In this document: in pieces, positions 48,576-57,744 of the stretch | How the letters are laid out: each line of letters opens with the position of its first letter | Position numbering within the stretch: position 1 is the stretch's first letter | Source of the DNA: Bacillota bacterium | GTDB lineage: Bacteria > Bacillota > Clostridia > TANB77 > CAG-465 | Assembly: GCA_023460235.1 (NCBI GenBank) | Contig: JAEWRE010000043.1 | Span: forward strand, 42 to 64,041 | Direction: 5' to 3' | DNA length: 64,000 bases | Program-made: the position numbers and the translations under genes | Notes under the pieces: model-generated | Database searches by the model: none | Seen by the model: the letters and a program-made list of their open reading frames with translations, nothing else | Told to the model about the DNA's origin: nothing

Positions 48576-50969
48576 ATGGTTGTATCATTAAATTGGCTTA
48601 AGGAATATGTTGATTTAGAAGATAATATAGATATTCAAGAAATAGTAGATAAACTTACAATGACTGGAAGCAAAGTTGAAACTTTTGAAACTTTTGGAGT
48701 TCCAACAAAAGAGGTTTATACAGGACTTGTAGAAAAAATAGAACCTCACGCAAGCAATGATAAACTTAATATTTTGACTATAGATATTAGGTTTAGAAAA
48801 GTTATAGCTGTAGCAAAAATACCAGATATTGAAGTAGGGGATATAGTTCCTGTTGCACTTCCTGGTGCTAGAGTTATTGGAAAAGAGGTTAAAATATCAG
48901 ATGTTGAAGGTATGAAATCTGAGTGTATGGTTTGTCATATTCTTGATTTAGGACTTGATGGCAAAAGTATGCCATGGGTAAAACCATCTGGACTTATGGT
49001 ATTTCCTAAAGATGTTGAAATAGGTATAGATATAAATAAAGTTCTTGGCCTTGGAGATTATTTGATTGATTTTGAAATAACTCCAAATAGACCTGATTGT
49101 CTTTCAATTGAAGGTATAGCAAAAGAGCTTGCGGTTACATTTGGCAAAGAATGCAAAGAATTATGGCAATATAAAGAGCATGATTTTATGCTTTCAGATA
49201 GTCTTAATGGTGTATCAGTTTCTATTGAAAGTGATAATTGTAAGAGATATACAATGAATGTAGCAGAAAATATAAAAGTTAAGAGTTCACCATGTGATAT
49301 GCAAGTTAAACTTATCAAATGTGGAATAAGACCAATAAATAATATAGTTGATGTTACAAACTATGTTATGTTAGAAATAGGTCAACCTTTGCATGCATTT
49401 GATAAAAATAAAGTTAATAGTGATAAAATTGTAATAAGACAGTCAAAAGAGGATGAAGAAATTAAAACTTTAGATGGTACTCAAAGAGTTTTAGCTAAAA
49501 ATGATTTAGTTATAACTGATGGAAAAATTCCTATTGCTATTGCAGGTGTTATGGGTGGAGAATTATCAAGTGTTGATGATAGTACAACAAGTGTAATATT
49601 TGAATCTGCTAGTTTTGTCAGAGGCAGTATACGTAATACATCAAAAAAACAAGTACTTAGAACAGATGCATCATCTCGTTATGAAAAAGGTTTACCATCA
49701 GAACTTACAATTCATGCAATGAATAGACTTGTAGAATTAATGAACACATTAAATTATGGAATAATTGTAAATAATATAATTGATGTCTATCCTAAATTAC
49801 AAGAAAGTATTACTATAAATCTTAATTATGAAAAAATAAATAGAGTAATTGGAATAAAAATATCAGAAAATGAAATTAATAAAATACTTGAAGATTTAGG
49901 CATAGAAGTAAAAGATAATGTTGCATATATACCATATTTTAGACAAGATCTAGAATTGCTTGAAGATCTAGCAGAAGAAGTTGCAAGAATATATGGATTT
50001 GAAAAGATACCTTCAACTCTACCTGATACTTCACTTACTATTGGTACTATGACATATGAACAAAAAATAGAATCAAAGGTAAAAGAATTAGCGATTGCAA
50101 GCGGATTTGATGAGATTTATACTTATACATTTTTTAGTACAGATACATTAGAAAGAATGCGTAGTAATAGAAAAAATGATGCATTTAATCTTGTAAAAGT
50201 AAAAAATCCTTTAAGTAAAGATTTTGAATATATGAGAACAACAACTATGCCCCTTATGCTTGAAGCATTAGAGAGAAACTATACAAGAAAAAATGAAGAT
50301 GTAAAATTATTTGAACTTGGAAAAGTATTTGTTGATGCAGATAATATATTAAAAGATGAATTAGTTACAGAAAAATATGTACTTACATTTGGTATGTATG
50401 ATGCTAAATCAAGTTTTTATTATATAAAAGCAGTTATGGAAAATGTATTAAATCACTTTAATATATTATCAGATAATTATGATATATCAAGAATTGATGA
50501 TATGGAAGAATATCATCCAGGAATTAGTGCAAAGTTTTCTAAAGATGGTGAAGTTATAGCTGAATTTGGAAAGTTATCACCGATTGTTCAAAAAAGATAT
50601 ATATTACCTGAAAATACATATATTGCTAGTATATATTTTGATAAGATTATAAAATATGCAAATAAAGAATTAAAATTTGTTGAACTTCCAAAATATCCTG
50701 CAGTTGAAAGAGATTTAGCTTTTGTCGTATCAAAAGATATTCTTTCATTTGATATTATAAAAGAAATAAAGAGTGTGGAAAATGTGGAAAAAGTTACACT
50801 TTTTGATGTATATGAAGGAAAACAAATAGACGAAAATAAAAAGAGTATGGCATATAGAATACTACTTAGATCAAATGAAAAAACACTTGGCGAAGAGGAA
50901 ATATCAATTGCAATGGAAAAGATAATGGAAAGATTAAAATACGCTTTCTCTATAGAACTAAGAATCTAA
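48576..50969 (+). CDS. pheT: Phenylalanine--tRNA ligase beta subunit.
   Basis: 797 aa; follows pheS with a 14-nt gap; B3/4 and B5 domain order. Confidence 0.9.
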   Translation: MVVSLNWLKEYVDLEDNIDIQEIVDKLTMTGSKVETFETFGVPTKEVYTGLVEKIEPHASNDKLNILTIDIRFRKVIAVAKIPDIEVGDIVPVALPGARVIGKEVKISDVEGMKSECMVCHILDLGLDGKSMPWVKPSGLMVFPKDVEIGIDINKVLGLGDYLIDFEITPNRPDCLSIEGIAKELAVTFGKECKELWQYKEHDFMLSDSLNGVSVSIESDNCKRYTMNVAENIKVKSSPCDMQVKLIKCGIRPINNIVDVTNYVMLEIGQPLHAFDKNKVNSDKIVIRQSKEDEEIKTLDGTQRVLAKNDLVITDGKIPIAIAGVMGGELSSVDDSTTSVIFESASFVRGSIRNTSKKQVLRTDASSRYEKGLPSELTIHAMNRLVELMNTLNYGIIVNNIIDVYPKLQESITINLNYEKINRVIGIKISENEINKILEDLGIEVKDNVAYIPYFRQDLELLEDLAEEVARIYGFEKIPSTLPDTSLTIGTMTYEQKIESKVKELAIASGFDEIYTYTFFSTDTLERMRSNRKNDAFNLVKVKNPLSKDFEYMRTTTMPLMLEALERNYTRKNEDVKLFELGKVFVDADNILKDELVTEKYVLTFGMYDAKSSFYYIKAVMENVLNHFNILSDNYDISRIDDMEEYHPGISAKFSKDGEVIAEFGKLSPIVQKRYILPENTYIASIYFDKIIKYANKELKFVELPKYPAVERDLAFVVSKDILSFDIIKEIKSVENVEKVTLFDVYEGKQIDENKKSMAYRILLRSNEKTLGEEEISIAMEKIMERLKYAFSIELRI

Positions 50970-51011
50970 AACATTGATTTTAAAGATAAATATAGATGAA
51001 ACTATTAAAAT

Positions 51012-51058
51012 AAAAGAAATGAGAATAATTTTAAAATTATTTTTATTTCTTTTTTATA
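51012..51058 (+). terminator. Rho-independent terminator after pheT.
   Basis: AAAAGAAAT...ATTTCTTTT with inner AATAATTTT/AAAATTATT pairing, then a T-run. Confidence 0.55.
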
Positions 51059-51166
51059 TTTTAAAATGATAGCAAAGAAAATGTTGAAAATATGGATTTA
51101 TTGTAAAAAATATGATATAGTGATATTAATTTATCATGAAAGTATTAGTAGAGGAGATGAAGATAA

Positions 51167-52345
51167 TTGATATTTAAAAAAGATAAACTTTATATAGTTT
51201 TAATTTTAATAGTGGCTATATTAATCAGGATAATTGTAATTCCTATAAAAGGTCCAGACTATAATTTATTTTTAAGTAATTGGTATAATGAAATTATTCA
51301 AAATGGTAAATTGAATTCACTTGGATTGCAAATAGGTAATTATACTCCACCATACATATTATTTTTAACATTTGGGACATATTTAATTAGTAATTCACTA
51401 TTATATATAAAAGTATTATCAGTTATCTTCGATATAATTTGTTCTATTTATGTTGCATTAATCGTATATCATTTTTGTAATAATAAATACAAAGCGTGTT
51501 TGGGATTTGCAATATCTTTTATAATTCCTGGAATAATTATAAATTCATCTGTATTAGGACAATGTGATTCTATATATACAAGTTTTGTACTAATGTTTAT
51601 ATATTATATTTTAAAAGGAAAGATTAAGTTAGCCTGTTTCTTTTTTGGTATCGCTTTATCATTTAAACTGCAAGCAATATTCGTGGCACCGGTATTGTTA
51701 TATCTTATATTTGTTAAAAAAATGAAGATAGTAAATTTTTTATATGTTATAGTTGGTGTATTTTTCTTTATGATACCATCTATGATATATGGTAAGAACA
51801 TAATTGATATTATTAATATTTATACACAGCAAACAAAAGAATATGGCATGATAGTAAAATCAGCCCCGAATATATATTCTTTAGTTTCATTAAATTATGT
51901 TAAAGTAAATCTAATAATAAAATATTTTTTAAGTTTGACTACAGTAATATTTTCAATCTTTATTGTGTTATATCCTACAAAGAAAAACAATAATTATAGC
52001 GATAAAATATTTTTTATTAATATCTTAATATTATCTTTAATAGTTCCATATTTACTTCCAGGTATGATGGATAGATATTTTTATATGGCAAATATATTCT
52101 TACTTATTAATATTTTCATAATGGATAAGAAAAATAAACTAATAATTATCTTTATGCTTGCAAACATTGCATATTTTGTACCTGTGCTAACAATAAATTT
52201 TTTAAGTGATGAAAGAACATTTTATTATTGTGAAAAAATAGGTGTGACAACTATATCCTCTGTGATAAATACTTATATAATTATTTATATGTGTTACTTA
52301 TATAAAAATATAAATAACACATATAAAATGTTTGGCAATGAATAA
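51167..52345 (+). CDS. Polytopic membrane protein; GT-C-fold glycosyltransferase-like (PMT/ArnT/DUF2029-like, ~11 TM).
   Basis: TTG start with RBS GAGGAG; topology only. Confidence 0.4.
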   Translation: MIFKKDKLYIVLILIVAILIRIIVIPIKGPDYNLFLSNWYNEIIQNGKLNSLGLQIGNYTPPYILFLTFGTYLISNSLLYIKVLSVIFDIICSIYVALIVYHFCNNKYKACLGFAISFIIPGIIINSSVLGQCDSIYTSFVLMFIYYILKGKIKLACFFFGIALSFKLQAIFVAPVLLYLIFVKKMKIVNFLYVIVGVFFFMIPSMIYGKNIIDIINIYTQQTKEYGMIVKSAPNIYSLVSLNYVKVNLIIKYFLSLTTVIFSIFIVLYPTKKNNNYSDKIFFINILILSLIVPYLLPGMMDRYFYMANIFLLINIFIMDKKNKLIIIFMLANIAYFVPVLTINFLSDERTFYYCEKIGVTTISSVINTYIIIYMCYLYKNINNTYKMFGNE

Positions 52346-52422
52346 TATAACGTTATACATACTGTATAACGTTATATTATTGAAGTAATTACTTAAAAAG
52401 TGAGGATAGTTCACATAAACTA

Positions 52423-52451
52423 TTTACAAAAAAAGTTCATTGTGATATAAT
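52423..52451 (+). promoter_or_regulatory. Sigma-A promoter: -35 TTTACA, 17 bp, extended -10 TGATATAAT.
   Basis: Read directly upstream of the ssb-like gene. Confidence 0.55.
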
Positions 52452-52526
52452 GCTTACAAATTAGTAATTTTTTATGAAGTTAAACATAAGATTGTATTAG
52501 AAATATCCAAAGGAGGAAAAATTTTA

Positions 52527-53180
52527 ATGGAAACTTTTAATGAAAATAATATAATAAATTTAAGAGGAGTTGTTTCATCTGAAGTAGAGTATAGTCATGA
52601 GGCTTTTGACGAAAAATATTACAGATTTTTTGTTGATACGAAAAGACTTAGTGATTCAAACGATACTTTACCTGTTATTGTATCTGAAAAACTTATAAAT
52701 ATAAATGATATAAAAATTGGTGATGTTGTTTATATAAATGGACAGGTGAGATCTCATAATCAACCAGTTGAAGATAGAAAAAGTAAATTAATACTATCTA
52801 TCTTTACTAAGGAAATTAGAAAAGAAAGTCAAGAAGAAGATACATCATTAAATGAAGTTGTTTTTCAAGGATTTATATGTAAAGATCCTATATATAGAAA
52901 AACACCACTTGGAAGAGAAATTGCAGATGTACTTATTGCAGTAAACAGAGCATACAAAAAATCTGACTATATACCTTGTATATTGTGGGGAAGAAATGCT
53001 AAATTTTGTGAAACTTTACCAGTTGGAAGCAAAGTTAGTATAACAGGAAGAATGCAATCAAGAAAGTACAATAAAAAGAATAATGATGAGAGTTTAGTTG
53101 AATTAACGGCTTATGAAATATCTGCAAGTATGTTTACACTTATAAGAGATGAAGATAAAGAGGAATACGTTCAGGCTTAG
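52527..53180 (+). CDS. SSB-family protein with two tandem OB folds and no acidic DIPF tail.
   Basis: The second half aligns by eye to Bacillus SSB (…LAVNR…CxxWGRNA…GSxVxIxGRMQSRKY…). The first half is OB-like. Confidence 0.6.
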   Translation: METFNENNIINLRGVVSSEVEYSHEAFDEKYYRFFVDTKRLSDSNDTLPVIVSEKLININDIKIGDVVYINGQVRSHNQPVEDRKSKLILSIFTKEIRKESQEEDTSLNEVVFQGFICKDPIYRKTPLGREIADVLIAVNRAYKKSDYIPCILWGRNAKFCETLPVGSKVSITGRMQSRKYNKKNNDESLVELTAYEISASMFTLIRDEDKEEYVQA

Positions 53181-53217
53181 GCTATTAAAATATATATTTT
53201 GAAGTAGATAACTTTTG

Positions 53218-53727
53218 TTATTTACTTTTTTTATATTCAAATTGATATGGATCTAAAGTGTTGCCGCTTCTATCATATATTGAAAAGTGTAAATGAGGAC
53301 CAGTTGTCCAACCATTTTGTCTACCGTCTGATAAAGTAACTGGACCAACATAACCAATAATTTCTCCTTGATTTACCTTTTGACCAACTTTTATTATGAC
53401 ATTTTCTGATAGATGTCCATACATAGACTTTGTACCATCCGAATGTAATATTGTTATACATATCCCGTAACCATTTGTATATCCTGAAAATGTGATTAAT
53501 CCTGATTTACTTGCATATACTTTTGAATTTCGAATGGCTGGAAAATCTATACCATTATGAAAATTTTGTTTACCAAATAAAAGCCTATTACCGTAGTATG
53601 ATGATATGTATGTTGTGTCTGTCGGATATACATACGAATTGTCTTGTTTTGAATTATTTGAATTTGAAAATACAATTGAAATAAAAATTGAGGAAAAAAC
53701 TAAAATAGAATAAAATTTTTTGAACAT
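53218..53727 (-). CDS. Secreted M23-family metallopeptidase ('HNGIDF', 'GHLS', 'HLHF' motifs).
   Basis: ATG at 53727 gives a signal peptide MFKKFYSILVFSSIFISIVFS; M23 motifs read. Confidence 0.7.
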   Translation of the reverse strand: MFKKFYSILVFSSIFISIVFSNSNNSKQDNSYVYPTDTTYISSYYGNRLLFGKQNFHNGIDFPAIRNSKVYASKSGLITFSGYTNGYGICITILHSDGTKSMYGHLSENVIIKVGQKVNQGEIIGYVGPVTLSDGRQNGWTTGPHLHFSIYDRSGNTLDPYQFEYKKSK

Positions 53728-53861
53728 TGAATCACCAGTATTGTTATAACATTGTTTTACAGTAAAGTAAACATTAGGAAGCAAAAATATAATTTTTTTA
53801 TAAAATTTACATAATTATATGAAAAAAAGTAATAATTTTATAACAAAATATTAAAAAACTA

Positions 53862-53889
53862 TTGATTTTTTTATATTTATTGGTATAAT
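53862..53889 (+). promoter_or_regulatory. Promoter: -35 TTGATT, 16 bp, extended -10 TGGTATAAT.
   Basis: Read directly. Confidence 0.45.
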
Positions 53890-53923
53890 AAAAGTATAAG
53901 GTTAAACATTAAGGAGGAAAATT

Positions 53924-54292
53924 ATGAAAAAATCGAAAAAAATTATGTTAAGAATATTACCAGTTATGCTTTTATTAGTTATGGTTGTCGCTGGCAATGT
54001 ATTTGCTGCAAGTAGCCCTATAAATACAAATTTGGTTACTGGAACAAATAATGTTGGTACTCTTGATACTACAGTAAAAAAAGTTTGGAACTCAATTGCT
54101 TTAATTCTTCAAATACTTGCAATAGCTGCTGTTGTATTTGCTGGTGTTAGATATATGTTCTCATCTGCAGATGCTAAAGCTGATATAAAGAAAAGTATGG
54201 GAATATTAGCTGTTGGCGCTATACTTGTATTTGGTGCTACAACTATAATTAACTTCATAGTTACTTTAACAGAGGATGTAGTTAATAAGTAA
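53924..54292 (+). CDS. VirB2/TrbC-like conjugative pilin candidate: signal peptide plus two hydrophobic helices joined by 'RYMFSSADAKADIKKS'.
   Basis: RBS AAGGAGG; architecture and size (122 aa). Confidence 0.5.
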   Translation: MKKSKKIMLRILPVMLLLVMVVAGNVFAASSPINTNLVTGTNNVGTLDTTVKKVWNSIALILQILAIAAVVFAGVRYMFSSADAKADIKKSMGILAVGAILVFGATTIINFIVTLTEDVVNK

Positions 54293-54320
54293 TAGTATAT
54301 ATTTTAAGTTATAAGAAATG

Positions 54321-54345
54321 TCAGGTGTTACAACCTGATTTTTTT
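54321..54345 (+). terminator. Terminator (TCAGGT-6nt-ACCTGA-T7).
   Basis: Seen directly. Confidence 0.5.
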
Positions 54346-54410
54346 AAAAGTAAAGATTATACTAATAGAGTAACAAATAGTAAAAGGGTATAAATTAATA
54401 ATTATTTAAA

Positions 54411-54464
54411 AAGTCTATATTTTTAAGAAATAATATAGACTTTTTTTTTTATTATTGATATAAT
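54411..54464 (+). promoter_or_regulatory. Cassette of terminator hairpin (AAGTCTATAT...ATATAGACTT-T10) followed by extended -10 TGATATAAT.
   Basis: A near-identical cassette recurs at 55315-55369. Confidence 0.5.
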
Positions 54465-54493
54465 TTAAATAAGACAGAATAAGGAGATAAATT

Positions 54494-55225
54494 ATGACAG
54501 AGATTAAGAAAAAAAATATATTTATATGTATATTTACAGTATTATTTTTTATTAGTAATATTTGTTTGGCAAGTTCTGCTAGGGTAGTAGCACCAAATGA
54601 TTTAGAATATGCAGCCACTGTTGGTGGAGGAAATGCATCAACTAAAGATGCAGCCTACTATAAAAATCAATTTGAGAATGAATTTAGAGCAGCATATTAT
54701 TCATCTAATGCTGAAACTCAAAAGAATTTTGACAATGTAGTAAATGATATACGAGACGCTATTAGTAGTAATAAATTAGAGAGTGATATGGAAAATATTA
54801 TTTTAACGACTACACAAAAAAATGTATCAGATGGAAATCTCAGAGTGGGTGTTTCTACAAAAATAAAAAATATACTCACTAATATAGGTTATTATGATTA
54901 TGCAAAACAGATTAAAGCAAAAATGGATGGCAGTAATACAAGCATAGGAAATGGGTTTGATTATAATAATGTACCTAGCAATGGAAATACACCAACAAAT
55001 TTTAAAACAGTGATTGATAGAGTGTGGGGAACGGCTTCACTGATATTAAAAATTGCTGCGATTGGTGGAGTTATATTTGCTGGAATTAGATATATGTATT
55101 CTTCTGCGGATGCAAAAGCTGATTTGAAAAAGAGTTTAGTTCCATTAATTATAGGAATAGTAATAGTTTTTGCTGCATCAACTTTAGTTGATTTTATAGT
55201 AAGCATATTTAATAGTGCTGTTTAG
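54494..55225 (+). CDS. VirB2/TrbC-like pilin paralog with a ~150-aa N-terminal extension; C-terminal core 'AGIRYMYSSADAKADLKKS'.
   Basis: RBS AAGGAG; C-terminal 90 aa paralogous to 53924. Confidence 0.5.
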   Translation: MTEIKKKNIFICIFTVLFFISNICLASSARVVAPNDLEYAATVGGGNASTKDAAYYKNQFENEFRAAYYSSNAETQKNFDNVVNDIRDAISSNKLESDMENIILTTTQKNVSDGNLRVGVSTKIKNILTNIGYYDYAKQIKAKMDGSNTSIGNGFDYNNVPSNGNTPTNFKTVIDRVWGTASLILKIAAIGGVIFAGIRYMYSSADAKADLKKSLVPLIIGIVIVFAASTLVDFIVSIFNSAV

Positions 55226-55314
55226 TAAAAGATTTTTGAATACTTAATATGAAAAAAGAATAATAATGATACTAAATTATATTTTAGTAAAAAATAAGTA
55301 CAATAATTATGTAG

Positions 55315-55369
55315 AAAGTCCATATTTTTTCAAAAAAATATGGACTTTTATTTACTTAATTGATATAAT
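55315..55369 (+). promoter_or_regulatory. Second copy of the terminator (AAAGTCCATATTTTTT/AAAAAATATGGACTTT) plus extended -10 TGATATAAT cassette.
   Basis: Seen directly. Confidence 0.5.
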
Positions 55370-55400
55370 TATATAAATATTAGTAAGGGAGTTTTTATTT

Positions 55401-56042
55401 ATGAAAAAAAGCAGAATTGGAATAGTATTTTTATTTATTACAATATTATTAACAGCAGTAAATATTTGTTATGGTGCTGTTCCGCAAGATGGGAATGGAT
55501 CAATTGCTGATTTTTGGGGACAGGCTACAAGTTGGTTTAATAAAGGTACTATTTCTAATGATAACGGGAGTGCCAGTGAAGTGATTGGTAAATTAGCTGA
55601 TATGCTTAATGTGGCTGGAACCTCGGTAATAGTTCTTGTAACAATATTTTTAGGAATAAAATACATGTATGGAAGTATTGAATCAAAATCTAGTGTAAAA
55701 GAGAGTTTGATAAACTTATTAGTTGCTTGTATATTCTTTTTTGGTTGGCAATCTATATATAACATATTATTTCCTAGTAATTCTTTTATATTTGTTTCAT
55801 CAACTGATTCAACTTATAAAGATATTATTGCAAGATTATTTTCAACTGCTGTTTATTTAGCTCAAATATTAGTATTTGTTGTACTAATATATGTTGGCGT
55901 TAAATATATTTTTTCTGGAGCATCTGGAAAAGCAGATTTAAAAGGAAAATCAGGACAATTTATAATAGGTATTATATTAGCTTTTGCTTCTACTAGTTTT
56001 CTAACATATATTTCAAAGATAATTAATGAACTATTAAGTTAA
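55401..56042 (+). CDS. VirB2/TrbC-like pilin paralog containing two tandem pilin-core repeats.
   Basis: RBS AAGGGAG; internal duplication read in the translation (LGIKYMYGSIESKSSVKES and VGVKYIFSGASGKADLKGKS). Confidence 0.5.
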   Translation: MKKSRIGIVFLFITILLTAVNICYGAVPQDGNGSIADFWGQATSWFNKGTISNDNGSASEVIGKLADMLNVAGTSVIVLVTIFLGIKYMYGSIESKSSVKESLINLLVACIFFFGWQSIYNILFPSNSFIFVSSTDSTYKDIIARLFSTAVYLAQILVFVVLIYVGVKYIFSGASGKADLKGKSGQFIIGIILAFASTSFLTYISKIINELLS

Positions 56043-56066
56043 AAAAGAAAGAGGTTGATTAGTGTT

Positions 56067-56411
56067 ATGGGAAGATCTTATTTTGTACCAAGAAGTGTTA
56101 AAGGAGAATCTAGAATATTATATATATTTAGTATAAAGTCCTTTGCATTTACTTTGGTTTTTGGATTGATAGGTGCAGGAATTTGGTATTTTTTATCTAG
56201 TTTTATTACTTTAGTACCAGGTCTTATACTTACAGGCGTATTTGGAACTATAGGTTATGTAATTGGAGCTGCTAAAATTCCAGATGTTCCATTTATGGGA
56301 CCATTTAGAAAAGCTGGCGGAGAAAATGTAAGTGATATAATCTTTAGATTTATAACTTTTAAAAGTAAAAAGAAAATCTATATTTATAATTTGAACAGAG
56401 GAGGAAAATAA
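56067..56411 (+). CDS. PrgI/VirB3-like small membrane protein (two TM helices) immediately upstream of the VirB4-like ATPase.
   Basis: Size, topology and position; start uncertain. Confidence 0.45.
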   Translation: MGRSYFVPRSVKGESRILYIFSIKSFAFTLVFGLIGAGIWYFLSSFITLVPGLILTGVFGTIGYVIGAAKIPDVPFMGPFRKAGGENVSDIIFRFITFKSKKKIYIYNLNRGGK

Positions 56412-56412
56412 A

Positions 56413-57729
56413 ATGGAGTCTTTAATATTTCCATTAATTTTATTAGTAATTTTAGCTATATTTGCAATTGTATTTTTTGTTGTAACAAAAAAACAAGAAA
56501 AAGGTGCTTTAGCTAATGCAAATAAAAACAATAATAAAAAAAATACAACCAATACAAAATCAAATTCTGATGGTGTTAAAAAAGAAGATGTCTTCAAATT
56601 CTTAGAATTTGATAGAATTTTAGATGATATGATTGTTCAAAATAATGGTACAAAGTTTACAATGGCAATAAAATGTAAAGGGATAAATTATGATTTGATG
56701 TCAGATGTTGAACAAATATCAGTAGAAGAAGGATTCATAACTTTTCTAAATACATTAAGATATCCTATTCAATTATATGTTCAAGCTCAAAATGTTGATT
56801 TAAAGGGAGCCATTAATAAATATAAACAAAATATAGGTGGCATAGTTTCTGAATTTCAAAGAGTTGATGAAGAATATAATAAAATAGTTGATTCTTTTGA
56901 TTCATCTGAAGATGAGATAAACAAAGTTGAAAGTGAAAGAAATAAAGTATTAAATGTTTATGAATATGCGGCTGATATAATTAATTATGTTGAGAGACTT
57001 AGTTTAAATAAAAGTTTACTACAAAGAAACTTTTATGTACTTGTTTCTTACCATACTTCAGAAATTGCGTCAATGGACAAATTTAATAAAGATGAAATTA
57101 TAAACATTTGCTATAATGAATTGCTTACAAGAGCACAATCAATAATCAGCGCTCTTGGAGCTTGTTCAGTATCTGGTGAGGTTCTTGATTCAAATGAAGT
57201 AGCTGATTTATTATATAATGCATATAACAGAGACGATAAAGGTTTATTAAGTGTAAAGGAAGCTTTAGATTCAGGATTTTATAGATTATATTCTACTTCA
57301 AAAGATGCATTTGATAAAAAAACAGAAATGCTTCAAGAAGAGATTAGAAACGAAGCTAGAATTAAAGCTTTGACGGCTATGAAGAAAACTATAGAAGATG
57401 GTACTTATGTATCACCAAAACTAGACGAATTAGATTTTGAAGAACAAAGTAGTAAAATAGCAAGTGAAATGGTGAGATTAGAAGATGCACCAAGAGAAGT
57501 TAAAGAAGCTGCTCAAAAAGTTATATTAGATGATTTTAAAAAGAAAAAGAGTGAAATTTTAAATGATATAAGGGAAGAAAAATTAAATATTTTAGCAATT
57601 GATGTTCCAGAACAAAAAGAAGCAGAAAGTACTAATTCAAATAATAATAATTTAAAAACAAATGTTGAAAATGTTCAAAAAGAAGAAAATATAAATAATA
57701 CATCTTCAGATGATGATATTATTAGATAA
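56413..57729 (+). CDS. T4SS-cluster protein, 438 aa (N-terminal TM anchor plus soluble domain; a VirB8/TcpC-like role is possible).
   Basis: RBS GAGGAGG; context only. Confidence 0.4.
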   Translation: MESLIFPLILLVILAIFAIVFFVVTKKQEKGALANANKNNNKKNTTNTKSNSDGVKKEDVFKFLEFDRILDDMIVQNNGTKFTMAIKCKGINYDLMSDVEQISVEEGFITFLNTLRYPIQLYVQAQNVDLKGAINKYKQNIGGIVSEFQRVDEEYNKIVDSFDSSEDEINKVESERNKVLNVYEYAADIINYVERLSLNKSLLQRNFYVLVSYHTSEIASMDKFNKDEIINICYNELLTRAQSIISALGACSVSGEVLDSNEVADLLYNAYNRDDKGLLSVKEALDSGFYRLYSTSKDAFDKKTEMLQEEIRNEARIKALTAMKKTIEDGTYVSPKLDELDFEEQSSKIASEMVRLEDAPREVKEAAQKVILDDFKKKKSEILNDIREEKLNILAIDVPEQKEAESTNSNNNNLKTNVENVQKEENINNTSSDDDIIR

Positions 57730-57744
57730 GTAGGAGGAGATTAT

